Below are positions 15,300 through 30,254 of a DNA stretch of 64,000 bases, one piece after another. Below the pieces are notes generated by a model. It had not been told where the DNA came from. It saw only the letters and a program-made list of their open reading frames with translations, and searched no databases. The translations under genes were made by a program, and so were the position numbers. Position 1 is the stretch's first letter. Every line of letters starts with the position of its first letter. Origin of the DNA: the human T2T-CHM13v2.0 reference genome, Homo sapiens; NCBI RefSeq assembly GCF_009914755.1, contig NC_060932.1; one strand, 5' to 3'.

Positions 15300-16150
15300 A
15301 AAAAATCCTCTAGTGCACTGATAATCACAAAAATGCAAATTAAATCCACATACTTTTGCTATTAATATTAAATATAATATTAATTATAAAAAAATTAGAG
15401 GGGCCAGGTGTGGTGGCTCATGCCTATAATCCAAGCACTTTAGGAGGTCAAGGTGGGAGGATTGCTTGAGGCCAGGAGTTTGAGATCAGCCTGGGCAACA
15501 CAAAAAATTTAAAAATTAGCCAAGCATCATGGCATGCTCTTGCAGTCCCAGCTACTTGTGAGCTGAGGTGGGAGGATACTTTGAGCCCAGGAGTTCGAGT
15601 TCATACAGTGAGCTATGATTGTGCCACTGTACTCCAGCCTGGGTGACAGAGCAAGATCTTGTCTCAAAAAAATAAAAAATAAGATAAAAATAAAAATTAA
15701 TAAACTAAAAACCTACCCATGTTTGCAAAGAAGTGGGCTAGTTGAGATTTTAAATTAGCACTACCTTTCTAAAAGTGAATGATTTAGTCATATGAATGTT
15801 TTATACCAATTTGTCCAGAAATTCAGAAATTCTACTCATTGGATTTTATCCAATACAAGTAAAAAGAGATGGGCATAACAATGTTTACTGTACTTTATTT
15901 AAAACAGAAACAATTTATAAACAACGTAAATATCCAACTATAGGGGATTGGTTAAATAAATTATGATGTCTGTACAAGGAATACTACACAACCAAAAGAT
16001 GTTTAATATGTAACAAAATGTTCACTATATAGTTAATAAACAAAAATGTTAGGTTACAAAATATGACATATGATGGCAACCCTTTTAAAAAATCTGTGCT
16101 TGCTTAGAGAAAAGAAAAACATTAATAGTACTATCTCAGGATGGTGTGAT
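15300..16150 (+). mobile_element. Old L1M(E) 3' fragments interrupted by an Alu
   Basis: aaatgcaaattaaa...aacaacgtaaatatccaactataggggattggttaaataaattatg. Confidence 0.55.
15402..15700 (+). mobile_element. Alu (AluJ-like), short internal deletion before the linker
   Basis: Alu dimer; gcaacac joined directly to the A-linker. Confidence 0.93.
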
Positions 16151-16185
16151 AACATATTTCTCTATTTTTTAATAAACAACCTCTT

Positions 16186-16499
<314 letters not shown>

Positions 16500-17524
16500 A
16501 CAAGCTCTTAGTTTTATAATGAGAAAAAACTCTGCATTATTGCCTCTTAGAACAGACAGGAATTTATTATCATTGAGGAAGTAAAGCATAACTCATTTCT
16601 TCTCAAAAGTTACATTAATATTTTCCTAGGTTTTCAAAACTTGTTCCCTTGAAAATCACGTAAAATTTTACCAAAAAACTGTAATAAGAAACAAATACGA
16701 AGACGTGGTCAGTACAATAATTTGAGCGACTGGGGGCAGAAAAATCTTAGATTTATCACTTTAAGTTGTAGTAGGCAACCACAAAATTACAGCTCAAAAA
16801 GTTTCATGAAGATATAGCTATAGCTTAGTGATACTGATTTTCAACGCCTGAAAAAACACATCATATGAAATACACCTCTAATTTTCAGAAGGTTGAAACA
16901 ATATAAACAACAAATAACTAAAATTTGTGTAATTGTGTGTGCAGTTATCAGTAGAAGTGGAATAAACACAAAATAATGAAGTTTTTATTTTTTAAATCAA
17001 AGACAATGCAGACGTTCTTTTTACCTTTCATAGTTTGATACTACCTTACACCACCAAACTGGATTAGTAAGGAAATCACTTTCTGGTTTTATTTTTAAAG
17101 AATGAAAAGGTATTCTCTGATACTTTACTTTGTTTATGTTTGTAAAGCAGCTGTTAAATAAATGAGAGACACAGGGCTGTACTCTATTAAGTGACACCAG
17201 CTCACTACATGGTATTTAAGAAGGTTCACTGAAAAAGCAATAAAAAGTGTCCTGGTTTGTGATCTGGATTTCTCTTCACTGTACACAATGAGAGTTCATG
17301 TTGTATTTTTAAAGAAGTATTTTCCTAGAACCTGATTAATTCATCTTTTTTGGGGGGAGGTGTGTGTGCTCGCTGGTCTACAACCATTGTTCATAAATAA
17401 AACTTAAGGCAGAAGAGTAAACTCAGTATGTGAAGACCTGTCAACAAATAAGGCAACTTCTGAAGGATGCACAGATTCCTTCTGATTCAATTGCTGAATA
17501 AACATACTTCGGGGAAGTGCTCAC

Positions 17525-17545
17525 CTATCAAGTGAAATCCGAGTG
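17525..17545 (-). other. Candidate 21-nt microexon
   Basis: Minus: cccacctatgtctttttaatgtag|CACTCGGATTTCACTTGATAG|gtgagc; length is a multiple of 3. Confidence 0.35.
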
Positions 17546-17589
17546 CTACATTAAAAAGACATAGGTGGGGGGGGGGCATGCTCCTCCTA

Positions 17590-17775
17590 TTTGCCACACA
17601 TCGTGATTTGCACTTTACATGTTATTTCATTTCTTCTCACACAAACAACTTTAGAAGAAGCATTACTATCACCATTTTCCAAGTGAAAAACTTTCCCAAA
17701 GCCATAAAGCTAGTAAACAGTAGAGGTAGGATTCCACCCTGTTCTCTCTGATTGTGGGCTGTGCTTTTTTTTTTT
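17590..17775 (-). mobile_element. MIR
   Basis: gcactttacatgttatttcattt...ttactatcaccattttccaagtgaaaaa...gctagtaaacagtagag. Confidence 0.65.
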
Positions 17776-19025
17776 TTCAAACCATGCTATTGAATCAAGA
17801 AAAGTAGAAAAACTGAATGTTAAAATTAAGGTTTTAAAGCTCATTCTTTTTGGTAAAAAAATAAAATTGAGATACCTTATGGTTGAAGTTTTGGTAGGGA
17901 ATGCCACCAGATTAAAAAACAACAACAACAACAAAAAAGAACCTTACTGTTGCCAGTATTTTCCCTCCCCTCAAAGACACTGGCAAAGTGCATCTGTTTA
18001 GACAAGGTTAGAGCCAAACCAAATGTTCCACAGAAGAGCATCTGTACATAACGGAAAATTCTGTTGCAAGTCTGTCAAAAAGCTACCTTAGACTGTCAAA
18101 TATACAGACCAAATTGCTTTCTAGAGAAGTTGGACTATAGGTTCAGTTTTATAAATGAGTTCTCTGTTGAGGGAGCCCCAATTTGATCAAACAAATAAAT
18201 GAAAAAGAAACACAAAATTTTTACACACATTTACAAATATTTATTAAGTAAAATCAAACATTTAACATAAAATCTACAGATGGGGGATTCCTTGGATGTG
18301 CTGAGCTGGCTATGGAAGTGAGAGGAAGGTGACAGCTTTGCTTCTAGTTTCTATCAATATGCACTAGCAATCAGTTTCAGAGATACCTACTGAAAGATCA
18401 GGGCCGAGGTTCTCTCCAAACTCCTTAAGACTGGGTTTAGTTACCTCACCCAACTTTCACTAATGATTTTCATCCTTCCCTTCAGAATGATTTTGCTCAC
18501 ATTGAAAAAACATCTCTAGTGGTCACATCACATTCTTACTCATTTGAAAGCAGGACCAACACTCCTTTGACAAAGTCATTGCTTGCCAAGGAGCACACGG
18601 ATTCCTTAAGTCTCATCATGATGCAGTAATGCAATCAAACATTTTCTAAGTCATCAATCAGCCCATTATTTAATCCTTTTCTGGCATAGTAGTTTTAAAG
18701 CAGAAAATACACCTAGTTAGTGTTGCCTATAATATACATACTTCCTTGCCTTGTTAAGGTCATTTTAAAAGTTACTGCACAAGCCATATTGTGATTAAAA
18801 AAAAATCGGCCTGGTCTCAATCATCCATTAAGAAAAATCTACTATTAAATATTCCAATACAGAAATTTCTTTTAAAGAGCGTAATTTTTAGTTTTCTGGT
18901 CTCTTTCTACAATGTACTTGCCTCCCTAGTACCTGCCTCAATTTCCGACATGGTTTTTAGAAGAAAACCACTTCTAATCTCCTCTTAGCTGAGAAGCCAA
19001 ATAATCTTATTAAGAAATATATGTT

Positions 19026-19339
<314 letters not shown>

Positions 19340-19374
19340 TCAATAAGGGCTGATGAAGCTCTTTATGAGGGCTA

Positions 19375-19540
19375 GAAGCAATGTTTCTTCATTTTTCACA
19401 TTTGAAGTACCTGGGGGATATGTTGAAAGCTGATTTCTGGGCCTCATCCCCAGATATTCTGATTACTTATATTAGGGGTAAGATTAATGAATTGCATATT
19501 GAGCAAAAATCTCTGGTAAAAAAGATATTAGGTTTTAAAA
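19375..19540. mobile_element. MER5-like remnant
   Basis: acctggggga...gctgatttctgggcctcatccccagatattctgatt. Confidence 0.5.
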
Positions 19541-19792
19541 CAGGTTTCATGGCCACTGCTTTCAGAACTCCATATTATTTTCAGGTTCTCTGCCCTGTTC
19601 TGGAGAGCTGTTATTATAGGATTCTTATCCTAGATAAATGAGGCATTATTGTACATATCATCTGGTACTTTGGTTTAAAATCATTAAACATTTTTCATAA
19701 TGCATTTGCGAGTGAAGTGAACTCCTTTACTGTTCCAGGAAATGAAGTATGGTGAGGGCTGGTAGGAAATGATTTTTAAAAGTTTCTCTTAC

Positions 19793-19842
19793 CAAATTTG
19801 TTTCTGACATTAGTCTTACAGGCTGGAGTATAAATTCCAAAT
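19793..19842 (-). other. Candidate 50-nt exon
   Basis: Minus: cttcttaatcatttgttctttccag|ATTTGGA...AAATTTG|gtaaga. Branch-point-like CTTAAT, polypyrimidine tract and a strong donor. Confidence 0.45.
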
Positions 19843-20375
19843 CTGGAAAGAACAAATGATTAAGAAGTTCTGCCTTTATTGCACAGCAAAAGAAACTATA
19901 CAGCAGAATCTTTCTTTTTTCACCATCTGCAAAGGTGGCTTGTAGCTTTCCCACAGTATCCGGTTGCTGTCTAGGTATACACACAACCTAGGTGATAACT
20001 CACTTAGATTTAAACTACTTTTTTCAAAGCCAACTTTTCCAAACAATGCATCATCTACATTTTAAATGCTGGGTGAAATTCTACCACCACTCCAGAAAAA
20101 AGGGACAAGGAGGTGTATTGTACTAGACAAAAGAAATGGAGAAAAGTATTGACAGAACAAGCAGTCTACAGTACCCCTGGGGTAGAAAGCACTGTTAAAA
20201 GAGTTTTCTCACACATGAAAAAGCAATGAAGCACGCAACATTGATTTTTATTTCATTATTTTTTGGACGTAGGTATTAAAATACCTAAAAGGAAGCCATC
20301 ATTTAAAAATAATTAAAATTCCTTTTTCTCACCAATAGACAAACTAGTGATATAAGCCTATGCTTAAATATAAAA

Positions 20376-20490
20376 GCACTTGGGAGCCCCAGGCAGAAGG
20401 ATCACTTGAGGCCAGGAGTTTGAAACCAGCCTGGGCAACACAGCAAGACCATGTCTCTATACAAAATTAAAAATAAATACATAAATAAAA
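20376..20490 (+). mobile_element. Truncated FLAM/Alu left monomer
   Basis: agcacttgggag...ccagcctgggcaacacagcaagacc followed by A-rich tail. Confidence 0.85.
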
Positions 20491-23400
20491 ATTAAAATTT
20501 TAAATCAGATTAGTGAGACTCCAGTCTCAACTCTAGGAAAGATCTGTCTTTAAGAAAAGGTGAGACATATAATCATTTGAAAGGATATATGAAAATCCTC
20601 AAATCTTCTAGACCTTCCTTGATTCCAAATGTGGTATTACAACATCTTGATCCATTCATTGCTCAGTCTCCTGCTACTCTTCCAGATCACCAACTGAAGA
20701 AAGTGCTCCAAATGGCAAAAAGATGTAACTATTATTCTCGATACTCTCTGTATATAACATTTTGTGTTGTACAATCTTAAAGCCAGACAGAGTTTCAGCT
20801 CATTTCCCCTACTTAAATAATTATTGATAAGAAAGATATCTGCAGAACAAAACAAAGTATAGTATAAAAATTATATTCTCAGAGGTCTCTGAGAAGTCAC
20901 ATAGTCTAATTTCCTGTCCCTAGTCCTTCTCAATCAACATGCTGCTTATAATGAAATAGAGTTCTTTCAAGATTTTATGTTCAATTATTTTTTAGTCAAA
21001 TTAGCTAGCATGAACTAATGAGCTGGAAATGAATTTGAGAAGTTCGGTTTTAAATGCTGAAAAGTTTAATTCACTCTCAAAGACAAATCAGTTGTAATGA
21101 AAGAGAAAACTGTTTCAATAATTTATTTAGATCTAAAGAGAAGGTAGGTATGTATATTTTCCACTGCAGTATCCATCATAAGAATTTGTGACAAATATTG
21201 TAAATTAGGGAGAAAAGGATTAAGATGAAAAAATGGTTTTTTATGTTCATGCTCATACTACTGATTACTGTGACCAGTTGCTGTGAAAGGTAAAGCATAG
21301 TATGTGCATTTAACTTAACTTAATGTAGTCAGATGGTAAGGGAATTTGTTGATGAGGTTAGGGAAGCTAAATAAGATAAGGTACTTGGAGATCTGAGACT
21401 CAACTTACATCCCCTAGTGGCATGCAAAGTCTCTTACTGAGGGGACAAGACAACTGAACACAATAAACTTAAAACTGCAGGGTAAAAAAAGAACACTTCT
21501 GACTTGCTCAAGCAGGTTCACTGCAATATTTTAGTCCAAGAGGAAAGTGGAATAATAGATGGCAACCAGGACTGCACTGACTCTCCATTGCTGATCCAGG
21601 CTGCATTCAAGGGAGTGATACACTTGGAAGCAGCACAGTACTTTGGGGTGAAAATAAAGTCACAATTTCAAGAGATTCAAAAATTGCCATTAGCATAAAA
21701 CAGTGCTTTATATCTACCTCAAGATGGCTGTTTCAAGAACTATGTTCAAAATGAAGGCATGATGACATCTTTGGGATTTTGAAGATGAGTCTCAAAATCT
21801 CAGAATTTTATCCCCAAATTTCTGACTAAATGACCCAACTTCAGGCAATATTTGTATCCATGTGATTCCATAAAACTAGCTTATTTCATGACATTTCTAT
21901 AAATAAAGCTGAGAAGTCCAATTCTAGAAGTCTGGAGTCAGAGTTGTTATGGGTCAGTGTGAATTTACCCAACAGTTCTTATGAATACCAGTGTTTTCAT
22001 TGACTTGATCACAGCTGATCTCTGGGAAATGGTAGACTACTATTTGTGCACTTTTATCATTTAAAGTTAACTAAACTGGTCTTGAGATTGCTTTTTAAAT
22101 ACTAAATAAAAATTAAATATTTTAAAATTCTCTAACAGGCTATTACAGCTACAGCTAAGATAAGAAAAAAATACATGTTGTCTACAGATAAAAGAAATTT
22201 TGAATATGTGGCCCCAAGAAGGGGAAATTCTAAAAAATAAAAAATAAATTTAAAAAAAGGTTGAAGCAAATTCAGTCAAAACTACTTCAATATCCTTCCA
22301 TTAATTAACTACATGTTTAGGAGGAATCAATCATTGTATTTCACTCCAAGTGGTCAGGATCTAAGATTAAAAGACCACCCCCCAACATTGCCTTTTCATA
22401 CTTCTGTTAAGTTTTGTTGTTAATACCAAGAGCTCTTCCCCCAGCTGTGAAGTCAGTCCAGCAGCTGCATTAGCAAACCATGCCAATCCTACACCAATAT
22501 ATAAAGACAGCTGCCTTGCCTGTCCTTACAGATGAAAGAAGAGTGCTAAAAGCCTAGAAAAATCTTTAGTACTGGCAATGACTATGAAGGCAGCTGCTTG
22601 CCTGTCATACTTCAGAGTATGCTATGTGACAATAGCTACAAGAGCCGAAGAAGGAATACAACTAATTTCTAACAGTAATACATTATATTTCCAAATTGTT
22701 TTCATCACAAAATATTGCATTGTTTTTGATACTTTTAGTTTTAGATTCCTCAGCATTCTACACACAGAAACAAAACCTTACTCCTATGTAAACAATGCTG
22801 ATTTCTAGTTTCAGTAAATTAAGCAATAAAGAATCTTGAAGATTTGTGCTCCATAATTCAAGTCACAAACAGCAATTGATTTTCTAACATGAGCACTGTT
22901 ATAATGTTTTCATATTAAACAGTGTTATAATGTTTTGATGTGTTTTTACTTCAGAATAATCTGAGACTCATACCAGCATACAACTGAATTTGAAGAGGAC
23001 AGTAATTTGATGAAACTAAAAATTGCAAGCAAGAGTGTTTCTGTTTCAATAAAATGCCCCTCCCCTCTCTGCATACATTCAATATGAATTCAAAGTCTAA
23101 ATAGAGATTATAAGCAGAATTGATGTTAATATTTCTCTTTTAGGAAATGTTTTTACATTAACCAAAAAAAGTGACTATACTTAATGGTCAAGATGCCTGC
23201 AATTTACTCTGAAATACTTAAAATATACCAGTGTGATAGTGTGATGTGAGCAAAAAAAACAAAGACACAATATAGGGAATAGTTCATTTTAGCCATAGTA
23301 AAAATCTACATTCCAGATTTGGCCACCGTAAGTGCCACTACTATTTGTATTTCAACAGATAACTGACCCTTTGCTAATCATCATATTGAATATCAGAAAA

Positions 23401-24019
23401 AATTTCATTGGTGAAAACAGTGGGCTACAACTACAATAATGAATATAAAAATGGGGTTCCATTTGTGAAATAAAAAGCATTTAAGAAATATGATCTGGTT
23501 AAAAAGTATTTTAAAGATCTGACTCATCCTTTCAGAATGCAGTGGAGCATGGATGTTTTTTCCTTATGGATGATGCCTTCCTTTAAGCTGAATATTCCAA
23601 TATCCCACTGTGATATGTGGAAGACTGTTTGCCTATTGCAGGCTATGAAGGAAGCAGAATTCTCCCTTACATGACCCCTTTCCTGCAAGGTGTTGGTCAG
23701 AGCCTCTCTTAGGACTAAAGGATGGGCTTTCCTCAGGTTACGAGAACTACCTGTGCCTGCTTATTAATATTTAGTTAATACATTTCTATATGCTATGTTT
23801 ATATGTGCAGCAAAATTTGGTCTGAGATTTGCTTTCATGAGACCCTAATAATGAGGTTGTAAGAAATAGCTAGCCCTTATCTTTTTCAAATTTCTTTGGA
23901 GGCTACCATTACCTACCAAAAAGAACCTAAGAGTAGGGCATAGCCACACTGGCTTAGGTCAATGTGGTAGTAGTAAGATATGCATTGAACACTGAAGAAT
24001 AATTCTATTTAAAGCCATA

Positions 24020-24337
24020 ATTTTTCTTTTTCTTTTTTCTTTTTTTTTTTTTTTTTGAGACAAGGTCTCACTCTGTCACATAGGCTGGAGTGCAGTGGCA
24101 CAATCTCATCTCACTGCAACCTCCACCCCCAGCTGAAGCAATCTTCCCATCTCAGCTTCCTGAGTAGCTGGGACCACAGGTATGCACCACAATGCCCAGC
24201 TATTTTTTTGTATTTTTAGTAGAGATGGGATCTCGCCATGTTGTCCAGGCTAGTCTCGAATTCCTGAACTCAAGCAATCTGTCCACCTCCGCCTCCCAAA
24301 GTGCTGGGATTACAGGCATGAGCCACCACAACCAGCC
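24020..24337 (-). mobile_element. Alu (AluJ-like) with TSD
   Basis: Reverse dimer; AAAGCCATAATTTTT before and AAAGCTATAATTTTT after. Confidence 0.95.
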
Positions 24338-24854
24338 TAAAGCTATAATTTTTCTAAACACAAAACTTCAAATTCAACATATGACTATTATTATCAAGAG
24401 GCATTTTAAAATATCAAGTTAGAATGATCTACATAGGAACATATGACTTTACATGCAATACATAAAACCTAAGTTTCAATAAAGCCAGTACATAAATTTG
24501 GAAAGTCCTGGCAACCTAGTCACATGAAAAGCCTTTGGATATCTGTTATAATTTATTAGGGAAAATATGCATATATAATAACTATAGAGAGAGAACAACC
24601 AAAGGGATGCACCATAAGGCAATGTATTTATAAATATAAATTTACTTCCTAAAATCCCTGGGCAATAGAACTGACAAGAATAAACAGCCCTGCAACAAAC
24701 CTCAGCACACATAGGCACCAGATGATAGAGACAGCATTTTATGTTTGTGGAAAAAAAGAAGATATATTCAACAAATCACATTGGGAAAACTGGCTTTACA
24801 TCCAGAAGAAAGAGATTAGACCCCCATAGCAAACCAAACGTAACATAAGCTGTA

Positions 24855-25005
24855 TAATGGGTACAGAGTTTCCTTTTGGGGTAATGAAAATGTTCTAAAA
24901 CTGGACAGTGGTGATGGTTGCAAAACATTTTGAAAATACTAAATGTCACTGAATTTAAAATGGCAGAAATGGTAAGTTTTATATGTATTTTACCACAATA
25001 AAAAC
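24855..25005 (+). mobile_element. L1MB/ME 3' end
   Basis: aatgggtacagagtttccttttggggtaatgaaaatgttctaaaact...ttttaccacaataaaa. Confidence 0.8.
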
Positions 25006-25199
25006 AATACGTGGCAGACATGTTACAGAAATTAAGTAATATTTATTTTCATAAATGTAAAACCTCATTAACTGTTAACATAATGAATTACTTCAAAATT
25101 TTCAAAACTGTATGAGAAAATGTATAATCTAAAAAGTTATGAGAAAATAAAAGGGTAAGCAAGCCCATTCAAGTAATCCTGTGCAAATTAGGATAAAAA

Positions 25200-25300
25200 C
25201 AACTAATATTTACTGAACATTTAATATGTGCCAAATACTATTTTAAGTTGTTATTCTAGATACTAACCCATTTAGTCCTCACAACAACCCTATAAGGTAC
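25200..25300 (-). mobile_element. MIR fragment
   Basis: aatatttactgaacatttaatatgtgcca...tcctcacaacaaccctataaggt. Confidence 0.65.
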
Positions 25301-26289
25301 ATACTGTAAAGAAAGAGATTACTGAGAAATCCTAAAAACCACTAATTTGTGTTAGGGACCAATCCAAAAAAAACTAACATAATTTCAAGACCAATTTTTG
25401 CTTATGCAAGGTCCTTAAGATGTAAACCTAAAAACCCTCCTTGATCTCAATGCTCCATATAAAATACCAATTCCATTGCTTACTATTTTCTAAATATATC
25501 ATGAACCCATTCCTTCCTTTACATCCCCAATGTCACTGCCCAAAGCTAAATAATCAAAATGTCCCATCTTGACTATGGCAATAATCTGTTATCTCTCTTC
25601 TGGGCTCATCTCATCCTTCTAAAAATCATCCATCTGATAATCAGTACTCTTAAATAACTATTAATATGTATATACTTGAAGTAAAGAAGAAATAGATGCT
25701 GTAACATATGCTTTTTTCTTGTATGTACTAATGAAAGTACAAACAACCCTCCTAGCCAAAATAGTCTGATTTATTTAATTGGAATCCAATTTAATGTTCA
25801 CTCTGAGGTTTAAAATCTTATAGAAAAAGAACCAATTTGCCAAAATTAGACCTAGTTATTAAAAACATCACCCACTACATGTTAAAACACATATTCTCTG
25901 TTCAAGATAGCTTACTTGGGGAAAAAAAATCTCTAGAATGCAACAAATAAACCATTATATTTACAATGATTATCTCTGAGTGGTAGGATTTTGTTCTTTT
26001 CGCTCCTGTGTGATTTCTAAATTTTCTAAAGTAAATTTTCTAAAGTAATTTCTAAATTTTCCTAACCTTTTCAGTATGGAAAAAAACGCTTCTCAGCAAG
26101 TCATTAATTCTAGGTTTGCAAAATGATTATTTTTCTAACTAAAATAACAAGCGTTTGTATTTTATAAAGAATCATTGCAATTTAAGATTTCAGAATGTTG
26201 CCTAAGTATTAAAAATCAGCTTAATAGACAAAAAAGAAAATCAGTAACTTCGTAGTCTTATACTATAATAACAAAAAGTAACACTGTAG

Positions 26290-26600
26290 CCACTACATTT
26301 AGAAAACATAAGAAATAAGAAGCAAATACAAATTGGAAAGAGGTATGTTTTTCAGTGTTTACAGATGGTGATTGTTTCCTTGGAAAATCCAAAATAGTCA
26401 AAGTAATAACAAACCATAAATGTAGTAAGGTGACTGGATACAAAACTAACTCACAAAAATCCAACAGTCTTTATATACGCAAGCAAAAATTAGTATGAAG
26501 ATGCAGTAAAATACAGCCAACACTGGCAGTAACAACAACAATGAAAAGATAAAACACCTTAAAATAAACATAAAATATGTGCGAGAGCTTCATGGAAACC
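26290..26600 (+). mobile_element. Degenerate L1M ORF2 fragment
   Basis: aaattggaaag...tttacagatggtgattg...gaaaatcc...gactggatacaaaa resembles the decayed RT region. Confidence 0.5.
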
Positions 26601-26904
26601 AACCAAAAAGCCCTGTAAAGCCCTGATCTATAGTGGCATCTTTCCATATGCCAATACCATACTGTATTGTTACAATTTTACAATATGTATTGAAACCAGG
26701 TAAAAAACAATATTGTTTTGGATATTTTAGGTCTTTTACCTTTTCATATGAAATTTAAAATCAACTTACCAATTTCTTTTTTAAAATCCTACTATGATTT
26801 TGACTGAGATTACATTAAATCTATAGACTAATATAGAGAAAGCTGACATCTTAACAATATTGATTCCTTCTAATCATCTCTCCACTTATTTAGCTCTTGT
26901 TTAA

Positions 26905-27630
<726 letters not shown>

Positions 27631-28477
27631 AAATTTTTCAGTTTTTAATAGTTTATGCTTTGTATGTAGATATACATTTGTTTTTTATACTGGCTGTGTA
27701 TCTCTAAACTCTGTTCAATATACTTTTAGTTCTAATAAGTTTTTGCAGCCATCTGCAAATAAAGACTGTTCCACTTCTTCCTTTCTAATCTGTGTATCTT
27801 TTATTACTTTTTCTTGCCTTACAACTCTAGCTATGACATCCAGTATAATGAAGAGTAAAAAGTTAAAAAGAATGGACATCTATGTCTTATTTCTGATTTT
27901 AGAAAATATCAAGGCTTTCACAGCTGAGTTTGATGTTAATTTTAAGTTTTTTTTTAAAATGACCTCAATCAGCTTAAGGAAGTTCTCTTCTATTCCTAGT
28001 TTGCTGAATTGTTTCTCATGAATGAACACTGAATTTTGTTCAATGCTTTTTCTGCTTTCCTGATCATATGGATTTTCTTTTTTTTATATTAATATGATGA
28101 ATTACACTGATTTTTTTTCACAAGTTAAACCGAACTTACATTGCCAGGATAAACTGCACTTTGGTCATGATGTATTATACATTTTTCAAAAGCTATTTCT
28201 TGATTGTTACCATTTTGTTAAAGAGTTCTGCATCCATGTTCATAAGGTGTATTGGTCTACAGCTCTCTTTTCTTATGACACCTTTGAAACTGATTCCTGA
28301 TATTTACTTTCTGCTATCATTATGAGTCAATAAAGAGTGGGAAATCGAGTAGGATGGTGTGTGTTTACTCCTGTTTGACAATTATTCATAGAGTAAAAAA
28401 TTACATTAATGATTACATTAATGATTCAGTGTAGCTCAGTCTCTTTCACAGGTCTTCTGCTTTTAAAACTAATCTGC

Positions 28478-28790
<313 letters not shown>

Positions 28791-29882
28791 AAACTAATCT
28801 GCTTTTGGGCGAAGCCTAGTATTTAATAAAATATAATGGTGGGTGACAGGATGATTCCCATTAAGCAAAATTTTAAGGCCCTGTTTTTGCTTCCAGCATT
28901 CAATCAAACTACAAGAACTTGCATTCTACCTTTCCAGATATCTCCTATAATCAGATATTATGTAGTATAATTAATATGTACATTACAGTTCCCGGTATAT
29001 CTACATGAGTTCATAATAATTGTTGTTTTCCTCATATGACAGAAAAAAATAACTTTTTTTAGATGTCAATTTGTTGATGAAAAAGGATTTGTCAATGAAC
29101 ACCAAGTCTCTGAAACAGGACAAAGGGAAGCTCAATTAATGAAATCACCAACTAAAAATAAAATATTGGATATGATTATAAAATTTGAGTAGTGTTTCTG
29201 TATTTCGTCTTCTATATCCCTTTCCTCAACTCCAACAGGACAACTAAAAAGGTTTTCGTTACTTTAAATAAACTTTTCTTCCCTAGAACAAATATATCAT
29301 GAATAATATTTGTATTGCATTGTTAGTTAGAAAAATCACTAAGCTATATTTCAGGTCATATTCAGAAAAAGTAAAGAAAAACACATGAAAATATAAAAAT
29401 AAAAACAAAAAGCTCCCAAGCAAAAAACCCCAGCTTCCCCCCTAGTTTCTAGATTTAGATGGCAGGGAATTTCCAGATTATTTAACTAGTAAAACAAAAT
29501 ATTCATTAAAAGTCAAAAGTATTCTCTTGTGTATCAATAAAGCAAATGCTTAACTAATTTTTTCTTTCTTTTGTTTTTATGGTGGTGGTAATCTTTAAGA
29601 AGTTTGGCATAAACAGTAACCAAGTCTTTGGTCTTCAATGCATTCTCTAGCAGCCTTTCTCAACTCGGGTTCAGCCAAAGAATTTAACCCCATAGAAAAT
29701 GATTTGAATGACTCTATTCTCAATTCTCCCAGGAATGAGTAAGTTAATTCATTAAATATTTATTAATTCATTAAATATACTTTAGGATATTAGGGTATAA
29801 TTCTCTAGATAAGCCTTTGTTGAGAAAGGCTGCATGATGATTCTTTCAATGATGTAGGTAATACAGTAAGATTTTAAACTGT

Positions 29883-29920
29883 AACACAAACACACACATA
29901 TACACACACACACAAGCACA
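29883..29920. repeat. Interrupted (CA)n microsatellite
   Basis: aacacaaacacacacatatacacacacacacaagcaca. Confidence 0.8.
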
Positions 29921-30254
29921 ATTACAAAATGCCTTCGGATAGATGACTAGAAATAAAAATAATTCCACAACATTCTAAAAGCATCTTTATCAATATAGCT
30001 AATTTAATGAATAAATGTTATTTGCCATCTGAAGTAAAACTTTGAGTTTCAGAGCTTTACTTTACATCACACCAGCTGACCTTTAAGATGTTGTTGAGGA
30101 CAAGTCTTAACCAATATCAAATGAATAAATTTCTGCTGCTATTCATCCTGGAGTCAGATGTGAAGTCAGTCAGTGTGAAGTCAGAGCATATGCCCTGTAG
30201 CTTTCACTTTAGGACTCATATTCCAAAGCACTGTATTTTCTCTGGTCATGGTAT

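Noticed and set aside
19347-19385. CTGATGA followed by a short stem, hammerhead-like
   Set aside because: No GAAA after stem II and no closing stems I/III.
22974-22983. 10-nt minus-strand AG...GT unit (ttcag|TTGTATGCTG|gtatga)
   Set aside because: Weak donor, not frame-preserving, and expected by chance.
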